40,475 nucleotides of DNA from a virus: the IMG/VR virus record IMGVR_UViG_3300032076_000022. One strand, 5' to 3'. Shown here in pieces: positions 13,249 through 21,646 of this stretch. Both the position numbers and the translations under genes were made by a program. The notes below the pieces were generated by a model that did no database searches, had not been told where the DNA came from, and was given only the letters and a program-made list of their open reading frames with translations. Every line of letters begins with the position of its first letter. Position 1 is the stretch's first letter.

Positions 13249-14594
13249 ACCATCTTGAAGTTAGTTGCGAAGCCGAGTTTCTGCACCTGCGGCAATCCTC
13301 GAGCGACACGCCCCACGCCGATGTCCGGACGGTAGAACGGATCGTTCGGCATCTTCACCTTCTTCACCGCGGCATACGCGCTGCGCCTGGCCCCGGCGAT
13401 CGTATCCCCGGTGCCGGTGACCACGGCAACATAGTCGCCCGCGGAAACGTAGTGCGGCATCCGCACCACCTTGTCGCCCACCATCACCGGGACGTCGTCC
13501 TGCAGCATCACTTCCGAGAGGTGCATGTGCTCGAGATCCCAGTCACCGTAGATCGGGATCGAGCGCACCTCCTTGTTGGTCAGGTGCGAGTAAGGGAAGT
13601 CCGGGATCGCGATCACGACGGACACGCAATGCGCGTTCTCGTCCACCTCGAGCGTGTCCTCGCCCATGATGAGGTCGCACATCCATTGCGCCGGGTCGCC
13701 CTTGTGCGTCGCGATCTGGTTGTGGAACGTGGGCCACCCAGGCCGCATGGTGAATTCGAACGGCCAGAACTCGCCCTTGGCGTCGATCATGCCGCTGATG
13801 TCGCAGAACCCGACGTAGTCCATCTTCTTGAACGTATTGGTCATCGGCTTCAAGCCAATGTCCGCCAGCTTCGACTTGCGAACGTACATCGACAGCGTCC
13901 CCATCTCGCCCGTGTTCGGGCCGAGATCATTCGCCATCAATTTCTTGTACTCGAAGTTCTCGTACCACCAGCGCGACCACCCGTGCGGACCGAACCAGCC
14001 GCCGACCGCCATCTCGACGCCTTCCTTCTTCTCCTGCAGGATAAACCCGTGTTGCTTGGCGTCGCTGCGGTACTTGTCGTTCTTCTTCCACCGGTCCTGC
14101 ATCATGTGAACCAGCGATGCGGCGTCGTCAGCGACATAGGACAATGCCTTGTCCGCGTCGCCCGACGGCTTCGATACCAGGTAGGTCGGATGCTTCTCCA
14201 CGAATGCCGCGGCGCGATCGTAGTCATCGAACGTGACCCCGGGGATCGTGTTCAACCCCGCCTTCTTCATCGCGTCCTGACCCAGCTTGCGATTCAATTC
14301 GAGATCCGCCGCGTCCGGCGAGGGACCGAACACCGGGTAGCCCATCTTGCGGTACGGCTCCACCAGGTCGGTATAGTGGGCGTTGTCGGCAAAGAAGATG
14401 AGATCCGCCCAGCCGAGCCACTTCTTGCGGAGCGCGTCGTAGTCATGCAGTTTCGGGACGATGCCGGTGCCGGCGAGACGGACGGATCCGTCCTTGCGCT
14501 TCTGGTCGAACCACATCACCTCATGGCCCGCCAACTGGCAGCGCATGAGCCAATCGAGCGCGTTGCTCGAGACGTCGAGACAGAGAATCTTCAC
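13245..14594 (-). CDS. PurD-like ATP-grasp ligase (glycinamide ribonucleotide synthetase homologue)
   Basis: 449 aa with a GTGA-overlap start. Aligns by eye with E. coli PurD: FGPSPDAADLE, SKPSGDADKALSYV (KADGLAAGKGV), NDLGPNTGEMG (GPNTGGMG), EFTMRPGWP (EFNCRFGDP), VVTGTGDTIAGARRSAYAAVKKV. The N-terminal GGREHALAW motif is replaced by SSNALDWL. Confidence 0.85.
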   Translation of the reverse strand: MKILCLDVSSNALDWLMRCQLAGHEVMWFDQKRKDGSVRLAGTGIVPKLHDYDALRKKWLGWADLIFFADNAHYTDLVEPYRKMGYPVFGPSPDAADLELNRKLGQDAMKKAGLNTIPGVTFDDYDRAAAFVEKHPTYLVSKPSGDADKALSYVADDAASLVHMMQDRWKKNDKYRSDAKQHGFILQEKKEGVEMAVGGWFGPHGWSRWWYENFEYKKLMANDLGPNTGEMGTLSMYVRKSKLADIGLKPMTNTFKKMDYVGFCDISGMIDAKGEFWPFEFTMRPGWPTFHNQIATHKGDPAQWMCDLIMGEDTLEVDENAHCVSVVIAIPDFPYSHLTNKEVRSIPIYGDWDLEHMHLSEVMLQDDVPVMVGDKVVRMPHYVSAGDYVAVVTGTGDTIAGARRSAYAAVKKVKMPNDPFYRPDIGVGRVARGLPQVQKLGFATNFKMV

Positions 14595-16408
14595 TGCTGT
14601 TCGGCAGTCACCCCGACGCCGGTCGCGCCCAGCGGCGTACGGAGATCCATCGCGCGGTAGGGCGGACGTTGGTTCTGGAGCATGCCCCGCTCCGCCGCGG
14701 CGGGAATGCCCAAGCGTCCCGCGAGCTCGCCCGCAGCTGCGCCCATTGCCCCGATGTGGCCCGAGCCGATCGCGCCCGCGGTAAAGAGTCCGTCGAACAC
14801 CGTGAGCCGCGGCGCCGCCTCGCCCGTCGGTTTCTGCGCCGCCTTGGTGAACGTCTTGGCGAAGTCCGCCGCGGTCTTGAACTCCCCGGTGAGGATGCCC
14901 TTGTACTTCGGGCGATCCGACAGCGAGGCAAGCTTCCGCAGGTTCACCTCGCCGGTCGCGTCGTTGACGATGTCCTCGAGCATGTAGATCTTGGCGAAGC
15001 GGGTGCGCGCGGCGCGGAAGTCACCGAGCGCCGTGGTGTTGCCTTTCGCTGCCAGCGCATCTTCGAACATGCCCTCGAGCGCGTTGGCGACCGCCATCCG
15101 GGCATCGCCCTCGTCGCCGCGACCGAGGCGGTAATCGTCCTTCGCCTGCTTGCGCAACTTCTGGATGTCCTTGAGCGTGCCCTGGGTCGACAGTCGCGCG
15201 GAGGGCAAGCGGGTCGGCATCGACGGCGGTGGGGCGAGCGAACCGTAGTGGTGGGGCAGGTCGGCTGACGCCTGTTCGATCGTGCGCGCGATCGACGGAC
15301 CGGGTTGCTCCCCGATCGCCTTGTCGAGGGTGCGCTCGATCGGCATGCGCTCCTTCACCGGGGGCGTCGCCTGCGGTTCGGCCTTGCGCGCCCACTCGCG
15401 CAGGATGCGCTGCGCCGGGACCATCCCCTTGTTCGTCTCGGGGTTGCGCTCGATCATCGCGGTGACGTCATTCAGCGTCGACTTGATCGCATTGGTGAAC
15501 TTCGGGGTGACCTGGATCTCGGGGCCGACCGCCTTGGTCATCGCGTCGTAGGACTTGCCCGCGTCCTCCTTGAGCGATTCGAAGGTCGCCTCATCGAGCG
15601 CGCGGCCTTCGGGAACACCGACCTCCTGCCCCAGCTTGCGCGTCGCGTTCTCGGCGTTCTTCCCCGAGAGGATTTTCTCGACCTTGGCTTTCCCGGCGAG
15701 GCCTGCCGCCGCGGCCTTCACCCCACTCTCGGGGGGTGTGATGTAGCCCGACCGCTGGGCGCGTTGGCGCACGTCGTCCTTCATCGCCTGCTCGCCCTTG
15801 GTGATATCGAGCGCGCCCTGCTTCCGCGCGACCACCTCTGGCGCGCCCTTCATCACCTTGGCGCCGAGTACCCCGGGCGCTTCTTCCAGTCCGGAGCGCA
15901 CCAGTTGACCGGCGGCGGTGCGCAGCGGACCCGCCTTGGTCGGATCGCCCGTGACGACGTCGCCCGCCATTTCCGCGCCCTTGCCCCACAGTTTCGACAA
16001 CCAGGCGAGCGGGTTATTCTCGGTCAGCATCTTGCCGCCAGCGCTGCGCGGTTCGTAGGTGAGGCCTTTGATGACGTCCTCGCGGAACTGCTCCGGGCCG
16101 ATGGGGCGCGTGCTCCCCTTGATCGGGGCGCGTTCTCCTTGCCCAGTCAGCGCATCCCAGCCGGTGGCCGCAAGACCGGCGATGTCCCCGATCGGCTTCG
16201 CCACCATGCCGCTGCCCATCGATGCCGCCGTCTCGAGGATGGGGATCCCGAGTCCCTGCCCGAGGGGGTCTTCCGGCGGCGTTGCTTCAGGGGTCGCCCG
16301 CGGTTTCGGTTCCGCCTTGGGCGGCTTCGCTGCCGCCTTCGGCGCGCTGATCGTCTCCCATCCGGAATCGTCGGCCTTCGGCTTGCCGATCGTTTCCCAT
16401 TCGCTCAT
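14591..16408 (-). CDS. Internal virion / ejection-type protein (605 aa)
   Basis: ATGA overlaps at both ends. Long Ala/Lys/Gly-rich helical protein in the block after the tail fibres. Function inferred from position only. Confidence 0.55.
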   Translation of the reverse strand: MSEWETIGKPKADDSGWETISAPKAAAKPPKAEPKPRATPEATPPEDPLGQGLGIPILETAASMGSGMVAKPIGDIAGLAATGWDALTGQGERAPIKGSTRPIGPEQFREDVIKGLTYEPRSAGGKMLTENNPLAWLSKLWGKGAEMAGDVVTGDPTKAGPLRTAAGQLVRSGLEEAPGVLGAKVMKGAPEVVARKQGALDITKGEQAMKDDVRQRAQRSGYITPPESGVKAAAAGLAGKAKVEKILSGKNAENATRKLGQEVGVPEGRALDEATFESLKEDAGKSYDAMTKAVGPEIQVTPKFTNAIKSTLNDVTAMIERNPETNKGMVPAQRILREWARKAEPQATPPVKERMPIERTLDKAIGEQPGPSIARTIEQASADLPHHYGSLAPPPSMPTRLPSARLSTQGTLKDIQKLRKQAKDDYRLGRGDEGDARMAVANALEGMFEDALAAKGNTTALGDFRAARTRFAKIYMLEDIVNDATGEVNLRKLASLSDRPKYKGILTGEFKTAADFAKTFTKAAQKPTGEAAPRLTVFDGLFTAGAIGSGHIGAMGAAAGELAGRLGIPAAAERGMLQNQRPPYRAMDLRTPLGATGVGVTAEQQ

Positions 16409-18144
16409 TTCGGCTTCCTCTGCACCGTGCCGTCATCCAGAACTTGGTAGTCATACTTGTCGGGTTCGTACTTCTTTCCCGTCGCCTCGACCTTGGCCCG
16501 GACGCTGTCGTCCGACTTCCTGCCGCCGGCGCCAACCTTCAGTTTCTTCTTGAGATCCGCCTGCTGCGTTTCCATCGCCTTGATGCGCCGATCGCCGTCG
16601 TTGATCAGACGCGCGAGCACCCGCTTGGTCGCGTTGATCGGCATCTCGCCGTTGACGATCTCGGAAATCTCCTTGCGCGATTCGTCGGTCAACTGCCCCA
16701 CCAGCCGCGGATTGTTGATCACGCGCGCGGCTTCGGTCTGGACGAAACGCATCTGCGCCAGGAACTCGGCCACATCAGGATTGTCCCCGGCGTTCTGCTT
16801 CAGCCAGTTGATCGACTTGTTGGCGTAGGCGACATTGGTCTTCGGCACCTTGTCCGCGAGCTCGCCCAGGATGCCGACGTTCTGGTGCAACATGTCCGAG
16901 TACGGCTTGAAGGTCGAGATGTCCTTGGTGATCTGGGTGTAGGCCGCGGTGTTCGCCTTGTAGTCGGCCAGGCCACCCGCGACCTCGCCCGATCCGGCGC
17001 CGCCTTCCTCATCGAGCGCCATCTGGTTGAGCATCGCGTTGCCGCGGGACATCCCGGCCTTGCTCCACCCACCAGGCAGCGGGCGACCGGCGCGGATCAG
17101 TTCCTCCGCCACCTTCATGCCGCCCGGGGTCAATTTCTCTCCCTCGCCACCGCCGCCAGCTGCAGCGGGTTGCTTCGACTTCGGCAGCGTCTCGAGCACC
17201 TTGAGCCGCTCGAGCACATGCTTGCGCGCTTCCGGCGAGAGATCCTTGTTGTCGAGCATGGCGATGAGCCGCTCTTCCTCGCCGCCACCCTTGCCGCGCT
17301 CCGCGATGATGCGCTGCCGCTCCGCGACCTCCGCCCTCGCCTTGGCCGTGTAGACCGCAGCCTCTTCCTTCAGGTGGTTCAAGGCTTCCTGCTCCTGCGC
17401 CTTGAGCATCGGGATCATCTTCTCAAGCGTGCGGACTTGCGTGACCGGATCGATCTTTTTCTTGTCCATCGCCGCGATCATGGACGTGATCGAATTGGTG
17501 ATCGGCGGCGGAGAGGGTGGGGTTCCGGGCGGAGCGGCACCAGCGGCTGCGCCACCGCCGGGAGGGACTCCGCTACCACCCGGCCCCCCGCTGAACGGGC
17601 CACCGGGGCGTGGATACATGCCTGGTTGGGCAGGTGGCGCACCCCGGGGCATCGGTGGCGCTCCCGGCGCCGCGGGGGCGGGCGCACCCCCACCGCCGCC
17701 CATTGGTGCGGCTGGCGGGGCCATTCCGGGCGCCGGCGCTGGCGTTCCGGGGGATGGCGGCGCTTGCATCTGCGGCATCGGCGGTGGCATTCCCGCGGGT
17801 GCCATGGGCGGTTGCATGCCGGGGACCGGCGACATCCCGCCGAGCGCCCCCATCGGTGGAGCTCCAGCAGGAGGAGGTGGCACCTGCGGCTGCGAGGCGT
17901 CCCCCGGCATCGGGGGTTGAATGCCCTGCTGTTGCCCTGGTTGCGGAGGTTGCGGAATCGCCCCGTAGGCGGTCAGCGTCGCAACCGCATCCTTCACTTT
18001 CTGCTGCCGCGCGTCCTCGAGGTCGGCCAGGTACGCCCGGTCCTCCTCGATTCTCTCCTGCGTCAGGTCGATCTGCGACTGCTCAAACTTCCGCCGCATC
18101 GCGGAATCGAGCGCGCTGGTGTAACCACCTGTGAAGTCGGGCAT
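16405..18144 (-). CDS. Internal virion protein with a ~150-aa Pro/Gly/Ala/Met-rich spacer (579 aa)
   Basis: ATG 18144 (MPDFTGGYTSALDS) lies 1 nt after the upstream stop. The ORF track extends to 18279. The low-complexity segment, about aa 63-214, is encoded at 17503-17958. Confidence 0.6.
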   Translation of the reverse strand: MPDFTGGYTSALDSAMRRKFEQSQIDLTQERIEEDRAYLADLEDARQQKVKDAVATLTAYGAIPQPPQPGQQQGIQPPMPGDASQPQVPPPPAGAPPMGALGGMSPVPGMQPPMAPAGMPPPMPQMQAPPSPGTPAPAPGMAPPAAPMGGGGGAPAPAAPGAPPMPRGAPPAQPGMYPRPGGPFSGGPGGSGVPPGGGAAAGAAPPGTPPSPPPITNSITSMIAAMDKKKIDPVTQVRTLEKMIPMLKAQEQEALNHLKEEAAVYTAKARAEVAERQRIIAERGKGGGEEERLIAMLDNKDLSPEARKHVLERLKVLETLPKSKQPAAAGGGGEGEKLTPGGMKVAEELIRAGRPLPGGWSKAGMSRGNAMLNQMALDEEGGAGSGEVAGGLADYKANTAAYTQITKDISTFKPYSDMLHQNVGILGELADKVPKTNVAYANKSINWLKQNAGDNPDVAEFLAQMRFVQTEAARVINNPRLVGQLTDESRKEISEIVNGEMPINATKRVLARLINDGDRRIKAMETQQADLKKKLKVGAGGRKSDDSVRAKVEATGKKYEPDKYDYQVLDDGTVQRKPK

Positions 18145-18145
18145 G

Positions 18146-18853
18146 TCAGTAGGCCGGGAACGGACCGGAGTTCTGGCGCTGCATCGACGGGAACGGCCCG
18201 CTCGCCATCGGGGAGTAGTTCGATCCCTGAGTCCCGGTGAACGGGCTGTTTGATGGGTTGAGCGGGTAGGTGGACCCACCGCCGCCCCTCAATGCGCTCC
18301 CCATCCAGTTCCCCGGCTGCATCTCGTTGAACCAAGGCGAGCCGCCGGCGAACATCCGGTTGCCGCCGCCGCCCCCGCCCATTCCGCCGCCGGCCTGCCA
18401 CTGGATCGGCCCGGAGAAGTTGCGCCCGCCGCCCACCGGGTTGACGTTGCCGCCGGGAGGACCGCCGCCTGCCCACGCGGGCAATGGCTGCGGGTTGTTG
18501 ATCGCGCCTTGATTAAGCGCCGCCCAACCGGGTCCGCCAGCAACCGCGCCACCTCCGGGAAACGAATGGTTCGGCGCAAACCCGCTGCGCTGCCCGCCCA
18601 TGTTGCCCATCAACTGCTGCAACAACTGCATGAACGGTCCGCCGCCGCCCTGCATCCACGGAGCGCCCCATCCCCCGCCGCCACTCTGCTGCCCGCCGCC
18701 CATCCCGCCAAGGATCGACTGCATCGGGTTCGACGGGTTGTAGTTCGGGATGTCGATCCCGCCGGGGATCACGTTCCCCTGCCAGTCCGTCTCCTGCCCG
18801 GATCGGTTGATCCGCAGGACGTCGTCGCTGATTGCATTCGGATCGTAGGCCAT
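18146..18853 (-). CDS. Gly/Gln/Met/Pro/Asn-rich low-complexity protein (235 aa)
   Basis: Strong GGAGGA SD and ATG 18853. Contains GGMGGGQQSGGGGWGAPWMQGGGGPFMQLLQQLMGNMGGQ. Confidence 0.7.
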   Translation of the reverse strand: MAYDPNAISDDVLRINRSGQETDWQGNVIPGGIDIPNYNPSNPMQSILGGMGGGQQSGGGGWGAPWMQGGGGPFMQLLQQLMGNMGGQRSGFAPNHSFPGGGAVAGGPGWAALNQGAINNPQPLPAWAGGGPPGGNVNPVGGGRNFSGPIQWQAGGGMGGGGGGNRMFAGGSPWFNEMQPGNWMGSALRGGGGSTYPLNPSNSPFTGTQGSNYSPMASGPFPSMQRQNSGPFPAY

Positions 18854-18862
18854 CGTGTCCTC

Positions 18863-19951
18863 CTACCCTGAAAGTCCGGGGAACGTCGCCCCCGCACCGG
18901 TATCTGCGCCGCCGCCGCCCCCGCCGCCAAGATTGACCCATCCGCCCGGCGGGTTGAAGTCCCAGCCTGGATTCACCCCATACCCGCCGCTGGGGTTGCC
19001 GCCGAAGAGGCCGGCGAGTTGACCCAACCCCGAGGTCAGGTTGTTGAGTCCGACCTGCCCCTGATTGAACGCCTGATTGGTCGCCCCCAGGCCTTGATTC
19101 ATGTAGGGGATCATGCTCCCCATAAGGTTCGACCACGGCTGATAGATGCCGCCCATGGCCTGGTTGAACATCTGCCCCGCCTGCATCGGCCAGCCCGCCG
19201 CCATCTGCGAAAGCTGGAACGGCGTGATCCCGGCCTGCAGCAACATCTGAGGTGAAATCTGCCCCATTTGCATCGACGCCTGCAGCATCTGCCCCATGTC
19301 GCGGCCCTGCTGCCCCGCCTGGCCGTACAGACTCCCCATGCCCTGCGCGCCCATCAGTTGCCGCTGCAGCTGGTTCTGCTCCCAGTTCTGCATGAAGTTC
19401 GACTTGGCGTCGGCTTCCAGCCCCGCCGACTGCGGCGACATCGCGATCCCGCGGGCGGTGTCCCCGGCACGGGTCTGCTCCTGGACGTCGTGCAACAGGC
19501 GATTCCGCAAGGCGTTGTTCGGATCGAGCGCCGTCTGCCACAGTTGATTGCCCGCGCCCATCAGGTTCTGCTGCGCGCCCCCGAAGGTGCCCGCTTCCTG
19601 CCCCATCAGCCCCGAGTACATCTGCGCGAGGTTGGCGAGGTTCCCGTACTGCGCTCCCGCCTGCTGACCGGCCTGCGTCAGCCCGCCGGTCGGGATGCCT
19701 TCCATCTGCTGCAGCGACTGCAGGAAGAGCGGCAGCGTCTGCGCTTGTCCGCCCGACATCAGGCCGGACAGGTTCCGCATGATGTCCTGCCACTCCATGT
19801 CGGCTTCGTGGATCCCGGTCGGGATGTACGCCCCCGGACCCCCGGTGCCCCCGCCCCCGCCACCCCCGAAGAGGTGGGAGATGCTGCCCCCGGTCAGACT
19901 GTTGACGCCCGCCCCGATGCCGACGACTGATGCAGTGACTGCAAGGGTCAT
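18863..19951 (-). CDS. Gln/Gly/Met-rich low-complexity protein with hydrophobic N-terminus (362 aa)
   Basis: ATGA overlap. N-terminus MTLAVTASVVGIGAGV, then repeated MGQ, QAG and LMG motifs, with G7 runs near both ends. Confidence 0.7.
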   Translation of the reverse strand: MTLAVTASVVGIGAGVNSLTGGSISHLFGGGGGGGTGGPGAYIPTGIHEADMEWQDIMRNLSGLMSGGQAQTLPLFLQSLQQMEGIPTGGLTQAGQQAGAQYGNLANLAQMYSGLMGQEAGTFGGAQQNLMGAGNQLWQTALDPNNALRNRLLHDVQEQTRAGDTARGIAMSPQSAGLEADAKSNFMQNWEQNQLQRQLMGAQGMGSLYGQAGQQGRDMGQMLQASMQMGQISPQMLLQAGITPFQLSQMAAGWPMQAGQMFNQAMGGIYQPWSNLMGSMIPYMNQGLGATNQAFNQGQVGLNNLTSGLGQLAGLFGGNPSGGYGVNPGWDFNPPGGWVNLGGGGGGGADTGAGATFPGLSG

Positions 19952-20535
19952 GGTTTGATCTCCAACAGTTCCGGCGAGTCGTAATCAGGGATGACGAGCA
20001 ATGCTTCAATCTTCGCGAGATCACGCTCATTCGTCGGGTTTGCGTGAATGGTAGTCCAAAGCGTGTCCTTTAGCGCGAGGCCGATGCGCTTGCTCCGGGG
20101 CGGCGACTCCCAGGTGGTGGGGCCGACGAGATGCTTGGGGCCGTCCTCCGTCGCCACTTCGACTTCACCGTAGCAGATGATGTTGATGCAGGGATGCCGA
20201 TGAATCTGCCCCACGAAGGCGACGCCCGCCGCAATGAAACACTCGCGCGCATACAACCCGTCGGTAAAGAAATGCCGCAGCGGCAGCGCGATATTCGGAA
20301 GCCGGGCCAATTCCTCTTCGTAGCGCAATATCTTCTTCCGCATCTCGAGGTTCACCGGCAGCGGCGCCGCCGCGGGCATGACAACTTCCTTATCGGGATC
20401 GACCAGGCAGATCCTGTCGGGTGCAAAATGCGGCACTACCGCCGGGGCATCCTCGATGAGCTCACCGAAGAAATCCGTCTCCACCGTCCTCGAAGCGGCC
20501 GTCAGGATCGCATCGCGAAGTTGCCGCGGTTTCAC
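19948..20535 (-). CDS. Hypothetical protein, possibly cupin-like beta-barrel (195 aa)
   Basis: GTGA overlap start. FFTDGLYARECFIAAGVAFVGQIHRHPCINIICYGEVEV suggests a cupin-type barrel. Weak call. Confidence 0.6.
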   Translation of the reverse strand: MKPRQLRDAILTAASRTVETDFFGELIEDAPAVVPHFAPDRICLVDPDKEVVMPAAAPLPVNLEMRKKILRYEEELARLPNIALPLRHFFTDGLYARECFIAAGVAFVGQIHRHPCINIICYGEVEVATEDGPKHLVGPTTWESPPRSKRIGLALKDTLWTTIHANPTNERDLAKIEALLVIPDYDSPELLEIKP

Positions 20536-20756
20536 GACAACGGCAAGCCGAGGACGTTCCTCGCGTTGGCGAGCGCGTCACCGTAGCTGGCACAGTTCGC
20601 ATCGACCAAGGCTTGCAGCGCGTCCTGCAAGTCCTGGCGCGTGGCGACCTTGGGTGCCGCCGCCGCGGGCGCGGTCTTCGGATGATCCACCGGAGCGTCG
20701 ATCGGAGTGATCGGTTTCGTCGGTGGAACGATGTGTTTGTGTGGTGTGGTGGTCAT
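20532..20756 (-). CDS. Hypothetical protein (74 aa)
   Basis: ATG 20756. Pro-rich N-terminal half, then the helical stretch RQDLQDALQALVDANCASYGDALANARN. Confidence 0.55.
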   Translation of the reverse strand: MTTTPHKHIVPPTKPITPIDAPVDHPKTAPAAAAPKVATRQDLQDALQALVDANCASYGDALANARNVLGLPLS

Positions 20757-20757
20757 G

Positions 20758-20913
20758 TCATTCCTTGTGTCGATTGAAGAGAGTTCGCATGATCCATGCG
20801 ATGAACGATTTCTCAGGATCGCGGTGCCACAGGATGTAGACGATCATCCATGCGACTGTGACGACGGATAGGAGGACGGCGAACGCCGTGAAGAAGAAGT
20901 CCGCCCCCTCCAT
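20758..20913 (-). CDS. Tiny single-pass membrane protein (51 aa), holin-like candidate
   Basis: MEGADFFFTAFAVLLSVVTVAWMIVYILWHRDPEKSFIAWIMRTLFNRHKE. Its stop is 2 nt from the next ATG. Not in the ORF track (too short). Confidence 0.45.
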   Translation of the reverse strand: MEGADFFFTAFAVLLSVVTVAWMIVYILWHRDPEKSFIAWIMRTLFNRHKE

Positions 20914-20918
20914 TCAAG

Positions 20919-21044
20919 TCAAGTTCCCCAATGCCGGATGATGAACTCGACCACCACGGTGCCGAGGATGCCGATCATGATTCCCCAGACCTGACCTATC
21001 AGCCATCGAAACACACCGCGCGCACCACCGTTGTCGTCAGCCAT
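20919..21044 (-). CDS. Tiny single-pass membrane protein (41 aa)
   Basis: Strong AAGGAG SD 5 nt before ATG 21044. Sequence MADDNGGARGVFRWLIGQVWGIMIGILGTVVVEFIIRHWGT. Confidence 0.5.
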   Translation of the reverse strand: MADDNGGARGVFRWLIGQVWGIMIGILGTVVVEFIIRHWGT

Positions 21045-21054
21045 GATTTCTCCT

Positions 21055-21564
21055 TTACTCGAAAGGTTGGTGATGGAACCTAATAGTCGAGGATTGCGTT
21101 AGGTTTGCAAAGGCCAGCACCACAAGCGGGTCCGCCTCCGTTACCCGGAGGTTGCCCGGGGGTGCCGGGATTGTTGGAAGGGCAGCGACAGAATTGAATA
21201 CGAAAGGGCTGGATTGCGACGACTCCCCCGCCGCATTACTTGCCGTCATCGCGAGTGTGATCTGGCCCGCCGCCTGCGCCGGGATCGTCACCAGACATGA
21301 GACATTCGTCCCCGGACCCGGAACGTAGGTGGGACTCGCTGGCGTGCAGACTGCAGCGTTAGACAGCGGGATCGTACTCGAAGCAACGACAGCGCCGGTT
21401 CCGATGTTGACCCCGGCCTTGTAGACCGTGCAGGACGTCGGCTGCGCGGTACCCGCCGAGTAGGCATCCGCCGAGATCTTGCACCCCGCGGTGCAGAGGC
21501 AGGACGGTTGCGCCGCCACCGCCGTGACTGTAAAGAGCAACGCAACAAACAACAGGTAGCGCAT
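21055..21564 (-). CDS. Secreted (Sec-signal) Cys-containing Ig/FN3-like protein (169 aa)
   Basis: AAGGAG lies 6 nt before ATG 21564; the ORF track starts upstream at 21642. MRYLLFVALLFTVTAVAAQPSC looks like a signal peptide, followed by a beta-rich body and PAPPGNLRV. Confidence 0.6.
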   Translation of the reverse strand: MRYLLFVALLFTVTAVAAQPSCLCTAGCKISADAYSAGTAQPTSCTVYKAGVNIGTGAVVASSTIPLSNAAVCTPASPTYVPGPGTNVSCLVTIPAQAAGQITLAMTASNAAGESSQSSPFVFNSVAALPTIPAPPGNLRVTEADPLVVLAFANLTQSSTIRFHHQPFE

Positions 21565-21612
21565 GAGCATCTCCTTGTGTAAAGCCGCCACGGGAACGGC
21601 CCGGAACGAATC

Positions 21613-21637
21613 GGGAAACGAACCGCCCCCGGGCGGG
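21613..21637 (-). terminator. Possible weak intrinsic terminator after the Ig-like gene
   Basis: The minus-strand RNA would form CCGCC-cggg-GGCGG, followed by UUCGUUUCCC. Short 5-bp GC stem and an imperfect U-tract. Confidence 0.3.
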
Positions 21638-21646
21638 TACAACCCC

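Noticed and set aside
13452-14660. Very long antisense or alternative-frame ORFs across the genome. Examples are 13452..14660, 16444..18240, 22070..23935, 35386..37704, 39032..40438, 8773..10149, 7694..8437 and 18513..20030.
   Set aside because: Their products are Arg/Pro/His/Gly/Leu-rich low-information strings typical of shadow frames in high-G+C DNA. They lack SD-linked starts, and each lies opposite or out of frame with a gene that has clear motifs.
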